Shown here: positions 7,376-16,931 of the stretch, piece after piece | Layout: each line of letters starts with the position of its first letter | How positions within the stretch are numbered: the stretch's first letter is position 1 | Source of the DNA: Pseudobdellovibrionaceae bacterium | GTDB lineage: Bacteria; Bdellovibrionota; Bdellovibrionia; Bdellovibrionales; Bdellovibrionaceae | Length of the DNA: 16,931 nt | Direction: 5' to 3' | NCBI GenBank assembly: GCA_041288045.1 | Contig: JBGGMM010000206.1 | Coordinates: 1 to 16,931, forward strand | Made by a program: the position numbers and the translations under genes | Notes under the pieces: model-generated | What the model saw: only the letters and a program-made list of their open reading frames with translations | Database searches by the model: none | Told to the model about the DNA's origin: nothing

Positions 7376-10300
7376 TGCTGACCCCAGCTTCCTTGGATCG
7401 TTTCCAAAGCCACTTCGCTACCCTCATAAAACATTTTTGGATCCAGCCTCAATGCCAATTGTCTTGCCTTATGGTAAGCCTCATTGAAGACATCCAGTTC
7501 CGAGCCGCGCTCGACAGCTGCTTTCAAACTGTCTTTCGCTTTGTCATAAAATGGCTGGGCCAGTTTTTCGATTCCCGCTTTGTACTGTTTTGTTTCTTCT
7601 GCGTTCAAACCTGCTGGCAGTGGTGCATTCATTAAAGAATCTCCCATGTGCAGATTGGCCTGGCCTAAGATCGAAAGCGCGCCAACGATTTCATCGGCAC
7701 TGTCATATTTGACGACGTCTCCCAATTCATTATTCAGGCGAGTCACAAAGGCAATTTTCTGCTGAGCTGCCTTTTGCTGTGCAGCTGGATTTTGTGGAAT
7801 TCGAATCCGTTTCAGTTCCGCAAAAACCTCATTGGCCTCAGCAAGCTTGATCCGAGCTGCGTAGGTCGCTCCCGGACCTTTTTTGTTTGGCGCATACCTT
7901 CTTTGCAAGCTGAGAGTTTTTTTCTTCCATTCGTCCGATAATGTGACTCGATTCATTCTGCGTGAAATGTCATGAATCCAGAAAGCTGATTCAACAATTC
8001 GCTCTTGCGATCCAGACCCCATATTGACATAGTCCTGGTACTTTTCAGACGCTTTCGTCAAAGACCCCTGTTTTCGATACAGAGTGGCCATTTGATAGAG
8101 TGCTTCGACTCGATCACTCTTTTTAGCTTTGTCGTAGAAAGTTTCATAGTTTCGGATGGCTTCACTGTTCTTACCAACTGCCTCATATAAAACTGCAGCG
8201 TTGAAAAACAGGTTCGGCGCCAAAGGATCCTTGCCAGCTTCAATGGCAGCAGCTTTGTAAGCGCTAGCGGCTTCTTCTAATTGTCCTGAATCCTGCAAGA
8301 GCTTCGGCAGGATTCTTCGCGATTTCACTTTCAAAGGATCCGCCGCTTTATCTTTGGAATTTAAAACCACTTGGTGAGCGGACACGGCTTTGTGGTTGAT
8401 ACCAGCTCTCTCATAATTGATGGCCGAATTGAAAATCGCAGAAACTGCCAAAGGTGATGTCGGATTCTGTTTGGCGAAGACCTCGAATTGCTGAGCGCTC
8501 CCAGCGTAATCCTTTGCCACTTCCAGATCTTGAGCTCGTTTGAAGCTGGCTTTTTCAAGGACACCTTTGATGTCAGCTCCGGCTTTTGAGCCGGCAATTC
8601 CTGGTACAGCAAGAAGCTCGCTTCCTGTCTTTTCAAGACCTGCGTAGTCCTTTTTCAGGTTGTAGATATCCAAAAGAAGGTTGGCTGAATACTCACCGTA
8701 TCTGGATTTAGAGTTCTTGGCGACAATGTCTTTGAAGTAGGGAATGGCTTGATCAAATTGGTTGTGCTGATAATACAAGCGACCAATTCTGAATTTCATT
8801 TCGACTGCTTTTTCGGTGTCAGGCAGGCGATTGACGTAATCCTTGGCAACTTCGATGAATCTCTCAACTCGGGGATCCAAAGGAATGGGCTCAACAGATT
8901 TACCCACTTTCGCCGCCATTTCATCATCACTTGGCAAGTCTTTTTCAAGAGCGAGAACCGTGTTCTCGGCAGCTCGTGAGTAAAATTTTGAACCCTTGCC
9001 GTTTTCAACGACCCAGCGGTATTGAGCCCCCGCTTCATCAAATTTCTTCAAATCGTATAAAAGTTCCCCGTAATAAAAGTGCATGTCAGCGACTGCCTGG
9101 GCATCTTTGAATTCATTCAAATAAAGCTTATAACCCTCAAGAGCTAAGCTTTGAGAAAACGGCGCTCTTGAGTTTTGAGCTGTCTGGTGCTGCTGCAAAA
9201 CATAGGTTCTTAAAGTTTGCTCACGAAGCTTGTAGGAATTGTCGACGAAATCCTTGTTGGCTTGATTGGCCTGATACCAAGCGCTTCCAGTTCCGAAGTT
9301 ACGAATCCAAGCAAACATTTCCTCACGGAATTCCCGTGATTTCTTGGCGTTCGAATAAAGCCGAACGACCTGATATTTGTAATCAAATGCTTTTGGCGAG
9401 GTCGGATTCTGCTCAATCAAATAATTGAACAGGTAACGTGCGCCGCTCAGATTCCCCTTATCAGCGTACAGGTAAGCCAGCTTTTCAACGTAATTCATTG
9501 AATTTTGACCTGCCAGAGCATTGAAATAACCGGGTGCTTTCTCTGGTTCACCGATATCCGCATAAAAGACCACGAGGTCACGAAGCCCTTCGTTTTCAAG
9601 ACGGGTTTTGCTGATATTTTTTCGCCCCTGCAAAGCGGCTTGCGCAGCTTGCTCTTTATTCGTACGGATCAAAAGCTCCATGGTTTTCAAAGCTCTTTGC
9701 GTGTTACCCGAACGGAATTCACACCAAGCCGTCTTGTACAATGAGAAATTGTAAAGACGATGACGGCGGTAACGCAAAACCTGTGAGTAGTACCCTTCAG
9801 CTTCTTTCCACTTTTCATTTTCAAAATGGTATTCGGCCAAAGCAAAGTTCGCTTCAATCACGTAAGGACTTTGAGGGAATTCCTTGGTCAGTCGAGTGTA
9901 ATAGGCAGTTCCCTGATCCAACTTCCCTAACTCGTAATAATTGTATCCAAGAAAGAAAAGCGCTTGGTCCATTTTGTCATCTTTTGGAAAATCTCGAGCA
10001 AACCATTCATATAGCTGGATCGCTTTTTTATTGTACTCTTTGGCATCGCGAAGATCCAAAGCGGGCTTTGTCTTTCGCTTACCAGCTTGAAAGTCCTTTA
10101 GAGCCTGATCGTACTCGCCCTGCTTGCGGTAATCGATGACACCGGCTTTTTCAACATACAGTTCAGCTAAGCGAAGCCAGAGTTCGCCTCTTTGAGGAGA
10201 ATTGCGGAATTTTTGAGTCAACTTAAAGAGCTCATTGATCTGCTGATCGGTGATTTTTTCAAGCTTGGCCTTATCGGTGTTGGACTCTTCAAAGAAGGTG

Positions 10301-10581
10301 GAAGTCTTCGGCGGCTTGATCTGATTGAGATTGACGTTTTGGACTTTCTTTTCCCCGAAGAGATCTTTGGTCTCCGGCAGAGCAGTGTCCTTCTTTTGCG
10401 TGGCGGAGGAAATGGCTCCCCCACGATCCGCCTGCTTGAGCAGTTCGCCGACAGTTTTTTTCCTCTGTGTCTGGTTGGCAGCCGGCTTGGCTTTGGAGTT
10501 GTTCGTCTTGGCTTGCGCCCAGTTCATTTGAGACGAAGTGACAAAGAGTGGTAATGACAAATAAAGGGCTATTTTTTTCAT
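7372..10581 (-). CDS. gltD: Large periplasmic TPR protein (GltD/AgmU-like)
   Basis: Signal peptide ending near WAQA and many TPRs, including LWLRLAELYVEK, DQALFFLGYNYYELG, FALAEYHFE, SLYKTAWCEF, MHFYYGELLYDL and FRIGRLYYQHNQFDQA. Size (1069 aa) and position before gltE-gltF-gltG fit AgmU/GltD. Confidence 0.8.
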   Translation of the reverse strand: MKKIALYLSLPLFVTSSQMNWAQAKTNNSKAKPAANQTQRKKTVGELLKQADRGGAISSATQKKDTALPETKDLFGEKKVQNVNLNQIKPPKTSTFFEESNTDKAKLEKITDQQINELFKLTQKFRNSPQRGELWLRLAELYVEKAGVIDYRKQGEYDQALKDFQAGKRKTKPALDLRDAKEYNKKAIQLYEWFARDFPKDDKMDQALFFLGYNYYELGKLDQGTAYYTRLTKEFPQSPYVIEANFALAEYHFENEKWKEAEGYYSQVLRYRRHRLYNFSLYKTAWCEFRSGNTQRALKTMELLIRTNKEQAAQAALQGRKNISKTRLENEGLRDLVVFYADIGEPEKAPGYFNALAGQNSMNYVEKLAYLYADKGNLSGARYLFNYLIEQNPTSPKAFDYKYQVVRLYSNAKKSREFREEMFAWIRNFGTGSAWYQANQANKDFVDNSYKLREQTLRTYVLQQHQTAQNSRAPFSQSLALEGYKLYLNEFKDAQAVADMHFYYGELLYDLKKFDEAGAQYRWVVENGKGSKFYSRAAENTVLALEKDLPSDDEMAAKVGKSVEPIPLDPRVERFIEVAKDYVNRLPDTEKAVEMKFRIGRLYYQHNQFDQAIPYFKDIVAKNSKSRYGEYSANLLLDIYNLKKDYAGLEKTGSELLAVPGIAGSKAGADIKGVLEKASFKRAQDLEVAKDYAGSAQQFEVFAKQNPTSPLAVSAIFNSAINYERAGINHKAVSAHQVVLNSKDKAADPLKVKSRRILPKLLQDSGQLEEAASAYKAAAIEAGKDPLAPNLFFNAAVLYEAVGKNSEAIRNYETFYDKAKKSDRVEALYQMATLYRKQGSLTKASEKYQDYVNMGSGSQERIVESAFWIHDISRRMNRVTLSDEWKKKTLSLQRRYAPNKKGPGATYAARIKLAEANEVFAELKRIRIPQNPAAQQKAAQQKIAFVTRLNNELGDVVKYDSADEIVGALSILGQANLHMGDSLMNAPLPAGLNAEETKQYKAGIEKLAQPFYDKAKDSLKAAVERGSELDVFNEAYHKARQLALRLDPKMFYEGSEVALETIQGSWGQQ

Positions 10582-10584
10582 GTC

Positions 10585-12213
10585 TTACTCGCAGCTCTGC
10601 TTTCCTAGGTAATGGTAGTTTCCAATTTCATCCAACCAGTACTCGCCGTCAAAGGGCCAGTACTCGTATCCGTTTTGTATATAAAATTCGCGATTGACGT
10701 TTTCATCAATCTGCTTGCCGCTGATATCTTTACCGGCAATTTTCTTTTTCAATTGCTCTTTCTGTCCGTTGATCATTTCATAGCGAATAAAGCCGGCTTG
10801 CTCATAGAGATCCCGCAAATCCGTACGAACTCGAGTCAAATGTGCTTTGGTCATCTCACCAATTGAGATGCGAGTGTTGCGGGCTCGGTTTGCAAGAATC
10901 TTGTTCGCATAGCTGGCAAAAGCACCGTGACCTAAAACCGAATGACTATCCAGTCGGCGTTTTTCTTCGGCCAAAGATTTCATATAGGTAAAAGCTCTTT
11001 TGACATCCCCTTCATCCGAAATAAATTTGGCAACATTGTAGGGAATTCTGAGTCCTGTCGGCGCTTTGTTGTCTTTGCGACTGAGAAAAGTTTTTTCAAT
11101 TTCTTGATAGTAAGTCATTGGATCCCGATTGGACTGCATAAAATCACCAATCGTTGTTCGCACAGGGCCATAAGTTTTTTCAAAAAGCCCCAAAACTTTT
11201 TCCATTTCATCATATTTACAAATGTAAAGATAAACGATCGCTCTCAGCAAAAGTGACTCTGGAATGTAAAAGTCTTCGTAATAAGCTGAATGAAGTGACT
11301 GAAAATTAGAAAGTGCCGAGCGAAACCGAGCGGCTCGCAAAAAGGCCCAACTTTCCTCGAACAAAGCCGCATGCCAAAATTCGGTGTCCCGGGGAACTTT
11401 TCGATACCATTCGATCGCTTCGTCCCACTGCTGGGCCTGATAATAAGTCCGAGCAATCGCCAGTTCAGCAGCAACTTTGTTGGTGTCGGTCACAGGCGCC
11501 TGACTGCGAGAATTTAACAAAGCATTGAAAGCTCTGAGTGCTTCATTGGGCTGTTTCGCTTCTAAAAAAGCCCGACCGCGATTGAATTTGGCCTGCGCAT
11601 AGTAACGGCTGGTAGATCCGACTTTGGCGAATGCCTGCGCAGCTTCCATCGGCTGACCATTTTTCAATTTGATTTCACCCAAACGGTAATAAATCATGTC
11701 CTTGTATTTATCCGGAAAATCTTCCAGTTGAACTTTGGTGATTGCATAGTTCAAAAGAGAGTCATCTCCCAATTCATCGGCGACAATCGAAAGCTTTTCA
11801 ATCGCTTGCTTCGTGTACTTGCTGTTTCCATTTCGAATCACGTCCACAAACTGGAAAGCTGCAATTTGATAAAATTTCGACTCCATCAGACTGACACCAA
11901 GAATGTATTTGATTTGCATTCTTTCTGAAGCCAAATCTGGTTTTCTGGAAAGACTGAACAGCTTGGGGATCGCCTGTTCATACTGAGCGTTTCGAACCAA
12001 GGTCAGTGCTTCTGACAATTGCTTTTGACTCATGGAAGAAAAGCTTGGAGGCTGCGCCAATGTCCGTGGCTGTGCTCCACGATTGTTGGCAGGAGATGAT
12101 TTTTTGCTGGCCGATTTGCCCGTCTTGCCGCTTTGCTTGTTTTTGCTTTGAGCAGAGCCTGAAGCTGAAATCATCAAACTCAAACCGATTGAGAGAAGTG
12201 CGCGCGTTTTCAT
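10585..12213 (-). CDS. gltC: Secreted TPR protein (GltC-like)
   Basis: Signal peptide and TPRs, ALFEESWAF...LHSAYYEDFYIPESLLLRAIVYLYIC, and the distinctive C-terminal YWPFDGEYWLDEIGNY...C motif I associate with GltC. Follows two OM barrels as in gltB-gltA-gltC. ATGA overlap with the upstream gene. Confidence 0.8.
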   Translation of the reverse strand: MKTRALLSIGLSLMISASGSAQSKNKQSGKTGKSASKKSSPANNRGAQPRTLAQPPSFSSMSQKQLSEALTLVRNAQYEQAIPKLFSLSRKPDLASERMQIKYILGVSLMESKFYQIAAFQFVDVIRNGNSKYTKQAIEKLSIVADELGDDSLLNYAITKVQLEDFPDKYKDMIYYRLGEIKLKNGQPMEAAQAFAKVGSTSRYYAQAKFNRGRAFLEAKQPNEALRAFNALLNSRSQAPVTDTNKVAAELAIARTYYQAQQWDEAIEWYRKVPRDTEFWHAALFEESWAFLRAARFRSALSNFQSLHSAYYEDFYIPESLLLRAIVYLYICKYDEMEKVLGLFEKTYGPVRTTIGDFMQSNRDPMTYYQEIEKTFLSRKDNKAPTGLRIPYNVAKFISDEGDVKRAFTYMKSLAEEKRRLDSHSVLGHGAFASYANKILANRARNTRISIGEMTKAHLTRVRTDLRDLYEQAGFIRYEMINGQKEQLKKKIAGKDISGKQIDENVNREFYIQNGYEYWPFDGEYWLDEIGNYHYLGKQSCE

Positions 12214-13013
12214 CGGTATTTTGCCTCCGGAAAGAAGAAGCTCAGACCAAACGTCAGCAAAAGACTATTGAAATTCTGAGCGCTCGCCCCTTTAGGAGTG
12301 GCGTTGAAGCTGTTCCAACTAAAATCCCAGCGAAATCCCATGCCCTTGCTGATGGCAAAAATCTGACCTGTTCCCAAATGGAGAGTGTTACCGCCGTCTC
12401 CACCATCAACACCTGTTGATCCGCCACCAAGTGCGAAATACATATCAAAGGGCACAATCCGTCTATTAAAAAGACCCATCTTTCCATAGATCGGAGTCCA
12501 AACCAGAGATCCCCCAATGTAATTTTTGGCAGTGATGATGGAATCCGTCTGCACGCCATGCTGATCATAAAGATCTTTGATCGCCTGACGTTTCGAATTC
12601 GACAGAAACACACCCGTGAGTTCAGCTCCCCAAGTCTCGGTGAAATGGTATCCCAATCGAGCATCAAAGCCAGTTCCCATAAACCAAGGATCATTCACCA
12701 CATTGGCAAGGCCCGCGAAAAATTCAAAGCGCTTTGACTTGGGCATAAATCTTTTTTGTATGACAGAAATTTCGCTAAAAGGCGCAAGCTTGCCAAGACC
12801 GGAAAAATCCTCGAGCTTTTCTTCTTTGACTATCTCTTGCTCTGCTGGCGATGGCTTCGCTGTTTTTCTTTCAAGCTCAGCTTCAATTTGGTCTACATCA
12901 GCGGAACCGTCCATGTCCTCTTCCTGAGCACGGAGATCCGGTGACCAAAATTGAATGACAGCGAAAAACGCTGCAGTACCAAGAAGAAATCCATTTCGCA
13001 TGCACACATCCAT
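12210..13013 (-). CDS. Outer-membrane beta-barrel protein of the myxobacterial/Bdellovibrio Glt type (GltA-like by position)
   Basis: Signal peptide, SVIQKRFMPKSKRFEF, NDPWF, RLGYHFTETWGAE, WTPIYGKMGLFNRRIVPFDMYFALGGG, GTGQIFAISKGMGFRWD and LTFGLSFFFP. An alternative start is the ATG at 13001. The A versus B naming rests on gene order only. Confidence 0.8.
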   Translation of the reverse strand: MDVCMRNGFLLGTAAFFAVIQFWSPDLRAQEEDMDGSADVDQIEAELERKTAKPSPAEQEIVKEEKLEDFSGLGKLAPFSEISVIQKRFMPKSKRFEFFAGLANVVNDPWFMGTGFDARLGYHFTETWGAELTGVFLSNSKRQAIKDLYDQHGVQTDSIITAKNYIGGSLVWTPIYGKMGLFNRRIVPFDMYFALGGGSTGVDGGDGGNTLHLGTGQIFAISKGMGFRWDFSWNSFNATPKGASAQNFNSLLLTFGLSFFFPEAKYR

Positions 13014-13051
13014 TGGGCTGATTGTGAAGATCGCTCGTTGCGCCCACTTCT

Positions 13052-13082
13052 AAATTATCTAATTTTTTGAAGGGGTTGTAGA
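13052..13082 (-). promoter_or_regulatory. Candidate internal sigma-70-type promoter with a palindrome overlapping the -10
   Basis: Minus strand TCTACA (13082-13077), 17 nt, GATAAT (13059-13054). A perfect inverted repeat AAATTA-N2-TAATTT lies at 13052-13065. This is the largest intergenic gap of the window (115 nt). Confidence 0.35.
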
Positions 13083-13128
13083 AACTCGAGATGAAACTAG
13101 ACCGACTTCTCGATCTACGTCGAGCTTA

Positions 13129-13890
13129 TCAGAACAAGAATGACACCCCGACATCCAGAATTGTTCCAAGATCCCATTTGTCCGGAAAATCATTCAAGTC
13201 AGGTGGATCGTGAGAAATGTGAACACTGGGATCTGTATTCGACGGTCCCTCACTATAAAAAGGGCTGGGTTTTTGCGAATACTGCAGCTTGAAATCCGCT
13301 CGGAGGGCAAATGATTTGCCGAAATAGAATTTTTGCCCGATTCCAAAATCAACTCCTGGATAATTCTTATGTTCATAGGCCGTCATTCCAGCCCCAAAAA
13401 TAGGATAGGTTGATAAATTCAAAACCCCTTGCTTGGTGAAGCTGATTTTCCCATAAAAGATTTTCCATTCATAATGACCATAAATGGAGTATTTCAATTT
13501 TGGAGTTCTCTCAAAATCCAGCCTGTGGTTTTCGTAGAGGTTGTCCGTGTACTGATTATTCAGACCCCCCAGCCATTGAGAATAGTTGAGCATAAAGGCC
13601 GAGTTTTCACTCCAGTGATAGCCCAGATTCACTCCGACTTTACTTTGGTTTCGGATTGGCTCGAGAATATTCCATCCGTAAAATCCGCCGAATTCAAAAC
13701 GACTTTCAGTGGGCACATTTCTTCGGCGAACGCTGTCGGGTCGATCGAATTTAGGCAAAACAGATTCTTGCGCGAGCTCATCTTCTGGAAAATCGATGGT
13801 CTCAGCGGCGCGGGCATCAAATGACTCGGCTAAAATCATCAGCAGAGTCAAGAACACCACCCATCCCAGTTTCATCACGCCCTTTTTCAT
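13129..13890 (-). CDS. Outer-membrane beta-barrel protein of the Glt type (GltB-like by position)
   Basis: Signal peptide ending near ARA, SVRRRNVPTESRFEF, NLGYHWSENSAF, WKIFYGKISF, GIGQKFYFGKSFALRAD and a terminal beta-signal VGVSFLF. Paralogous to the neighbouring barrel. I prefer the ATG at 13890 (AAGGATGGA upstream) over the track's TTG at 13920. Confidence 0.8.
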   Translation of the reverse strand: MKKGVMKLGWVVFLTLLMILAESFDARAAETIDFPEDELAQESVLPKFDRPDSVRRRNVPTESRFEFGGFYGWNILEPIRNQSKVGVNLGYHWSENSAFMLNYSQWLGGLNNQYTDNLYENHRLDFERTPKLKYSIYGHYEWKIFYGKISFTKQGVLNLSTYPIFGAGMTAYEHKNYPGVDFGIGQKFYFGKSFALRADFKLQYSQKPSPFYSEGPSNTDPSVHISHDPPDLNDFPDKWDLGTILDVGVSFLF

Positions 13891-13916
13891 ATGCTGTCCA
13901 TCCTTGCTGTCGACTT

Positions 13917-14411
13917 TCAAGCTTTGCTGAAAGCCCCATATTTAAAAATCAGGTCGCAAACTTCACGAACGGCCCCATTTCCACCCGGCCGACGAGTGAC
14001 ATAATCAACGATATCCAGGACTTCTTCCATGGCATCTGGGACAGTGGCAGCAAAGCCCACTTGCTCTAAAAGCGGAATGTCAAAAAGATCATCCCCCATG
14101 TAACAGATTTCATCCGGGGAAAAGCCAGTGTCTTTCTGGATTTTCTCAAAAGCCGGCATTTTGTCGATCGACCCTTCAAAGAAAAAATGAATTCCCAAGC
14201 TGCGAACACGAGTTTCAATGTCTTTTGCTTTTGAGCCGGTGATCACAGCGGTTTGATATCCAGCTTCAATCAAACGGGCGATTCCATATCCATCCCTGAT
14301 GGAAAAGAAACGTTTCCACTGTCCATCTGAATCCAAGAAGACACGGCAATCCGTTAACACCCCGTCCACGTCCAGGATGATCATTTTTATTTTTTTAAGG
14401 CGAGTATCCAC
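13917..14411 (-). CDS. kdsC: 3-deoxy-D-manno-octulosonate 8-phosphate phosphatase (HAD, YrbI family)
   Basis: RLKKIKMIILDVDGVLTD, FSIRDGYGI, AVITG, YMGDDLFD and GGNGAVREVCDLI. Follows kdsD. The start is uncertain: GTG 14411 preferred, TTG 14447 possible. Confidence 0.95.
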   Translation of the reverse strand: MDTRLKKIKMIILDVDGVLTDCRVFLDSDGQWKRFFSIRDGYGIARLIEAGYQTAVITGSKAKDIETRVRSLGIHFFFEGSIDKMPAFEKIQKDTGFSPDEICYMGDDLFDIPLLEQVGFAATVPDAMEEVLDIVDYVTRRPGGNGAVREVCDLIFKYGAFSKA

Positions 14412-14496
14412 TGAATCATTGTGACGAAGGGAAGCACAATCCGGCAAGGTTCAGACCGGATTCCAGCTATAAACACAGACCTAGGTCGCGATGAAT

Positions 14497-15477
14497 TCAG
14501 CGAACCTTGTTGCGTAAAAGATCGTGAATGTGAATCACACCCACCGGCTTTTTAGGATGGGCCGAATTTGAATCCAGCACAAAAAGAAGACTGATGCGAA
14601 ATTGTTCCATCATGAAAAGAGCTTTTTCCGCAATTTCATTGGCATCCACAGTTCGAGGTGTCTTCGTCATCATGTCTTTAGCCGCTCCGGCTAAAGGATC
14701 AGGACTGTTTTCCAGACGGCGGCGAATATCTCCGTCGGTGATGATTCCCAAAAGGTCACCGCCTGAACTGACGATCCCGGCAGCTCCTCGAGTTTCTTTC
14801 TGGCTCATCAAAGAGAAGACCTTGCGCAGAGGAGTGTCTTCTGACACAAGCACGAATCCGGCTCCAGTGTGCATATTGTCGCTGACTCGGCTCAATTTAA
14901 ATCCAAGGTTTCCGCCTGGATGAAACTCAGCAAACTGCTCGGCACTGAAGCCTTTTCTTTCCATCATTGCCATGGCGAGAGCATCTCCCATGGCCAAAGT
15001 CGCTGTGGAGCTCGCAGTCGGCGCCAGTTCTAAGGGGCAGGCTTCCTTTGCGACTGAGACATCCAAAACCACTTGCGCGGATTGAGCTAGCGAGCTTTTC
15101 AAGACACCTGTCATGGCAATCAATGGATTGCCCTTTCGGGCCAAATGCTTCAAAAGAGCGTTCAATTCCGGGGATTCGCCGCCGTAGCTCAAAGCTAAAA
15201 CCACATCTCCCTGACCGATGACTCCGAGATCTCCGTGTGAACTTTCGGCAGGATGAAGAAAAACAGCCGGTGTCCCCGTGGATGAAAAAGTGCTGGCGAT
15301 TTTTCGCCCGATCTGACCTGATTTTCCAATTCCAGTGACAATCACTTTCCCTTGGCATTTTTCAATCACATCAACGGCTTTTTCAAAGGTTTCATTGAGA
15401 CGGTCCCGTAAAGCCAAAATCGCTTGGGCCTCGATATCTAAAACTTTTCTTGCTCGCTCAACAGCGGATTGTTTCAT
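14497..15477 (-). CDS. kdsD: Arabinose-5-phosphate isomerase (KpsF/GutQ family, SIS + 2 CBS domains)
   Basis: VIVTGIGKSG, ASTFSSTGTPAVFLHPAESSHGDLG, EACPLELAPTASST, FHPGGNLG, GIITDGDIRR and VGVIHIHDLL. Confidence 0.96.
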   Translation of the reverse strand: MKQSAVERARKVLDIEAQAILALRDRLNETFEKAVDVIEKCQGKVIVTGIGKSGQIGRKIASTFSSTGTPAVFLHPAESSHGDLGVIGQGDVVLALSYGGESPELNALLKHLARKGNPLIAMTGVLKSSLAQSAQVVLDVSVAKEACPLELAPTASSTATLAMGDALAMAMMERKGFSAEQFAEFHPGGNLGFKLSRVSDNMHTGAGFVLVSEDTPLRKVFSLMSQKETRGAAGIVSSGGDLLGIITDGDIRRRLENSPDPLAGAAKDMMTKTPRTVDANEIAEKALFMMEQFRISLLFVLDSNSAHPKKPVGVIHIHDLLRNKVR

Positions 15478-15482
15478 TCTTT

Positions 15483-16931
<1,449 letters not shown>

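Noticed and set aside
13030..13082. Resemblance of minus-strand CAACCC...GTGGGCGCAACG to a c-di-GMP-I (GEMM) riboswitch core
   Set aside because: It lacks the GGCAAAC entry, the GNRA tetraloop and a recognisable second stem with receptor. An Rfam/Infernal scan would settle it, but I cannot support it by eye.
13109..13124. CTCGA-N6-TCGAG hairpin after the first barrel gene as an intrinsic terminator
   Set aside because: The stem is only 5 bp and no U-tract follows on the coding strand.

Overview
This window is one tightly packed minus-strand operon-like run, most likely from a Bdellovibrionota or related deltaproteobacterium (inferred from gene content). In transcription order (right to left) it reads: pyrG (5'-truncated), kdsD, kdsC, then a 10-gene Agl-Glt-type trans-envelope motor cluster (two outer-membrane beta-barrels of GltB/GltA type, GltC, GltD/AgmU, GltE/AglT, GltF/CglF, GltG/PglI, AglR, AglQ, AglS), then a 333-aa apparent LptC-LptA fusion, lptB and rpoN (3'-truncated, missing from the ORF track). 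The motor cluster sits inside the conserved Kdo-synthesis/LPS-export/sigma-54 locus, between kdsC and lptC. The most notable details are the single-chain LptC-LptA, a near-consensus sigma-54 site on the antisense strand abutting the rpoN ribosome-binding site, and atypical coupling residues in the motor (AglR lacks both conserved Pro and has His in place of Glu; the GltG membrane helix lacks the TonB/TolA His). I saw no RNA genes, CRISPR arrays, mobile elements or convincing intrinsic terminators. All family assignments come from motif recognition and gene order, not database searches.
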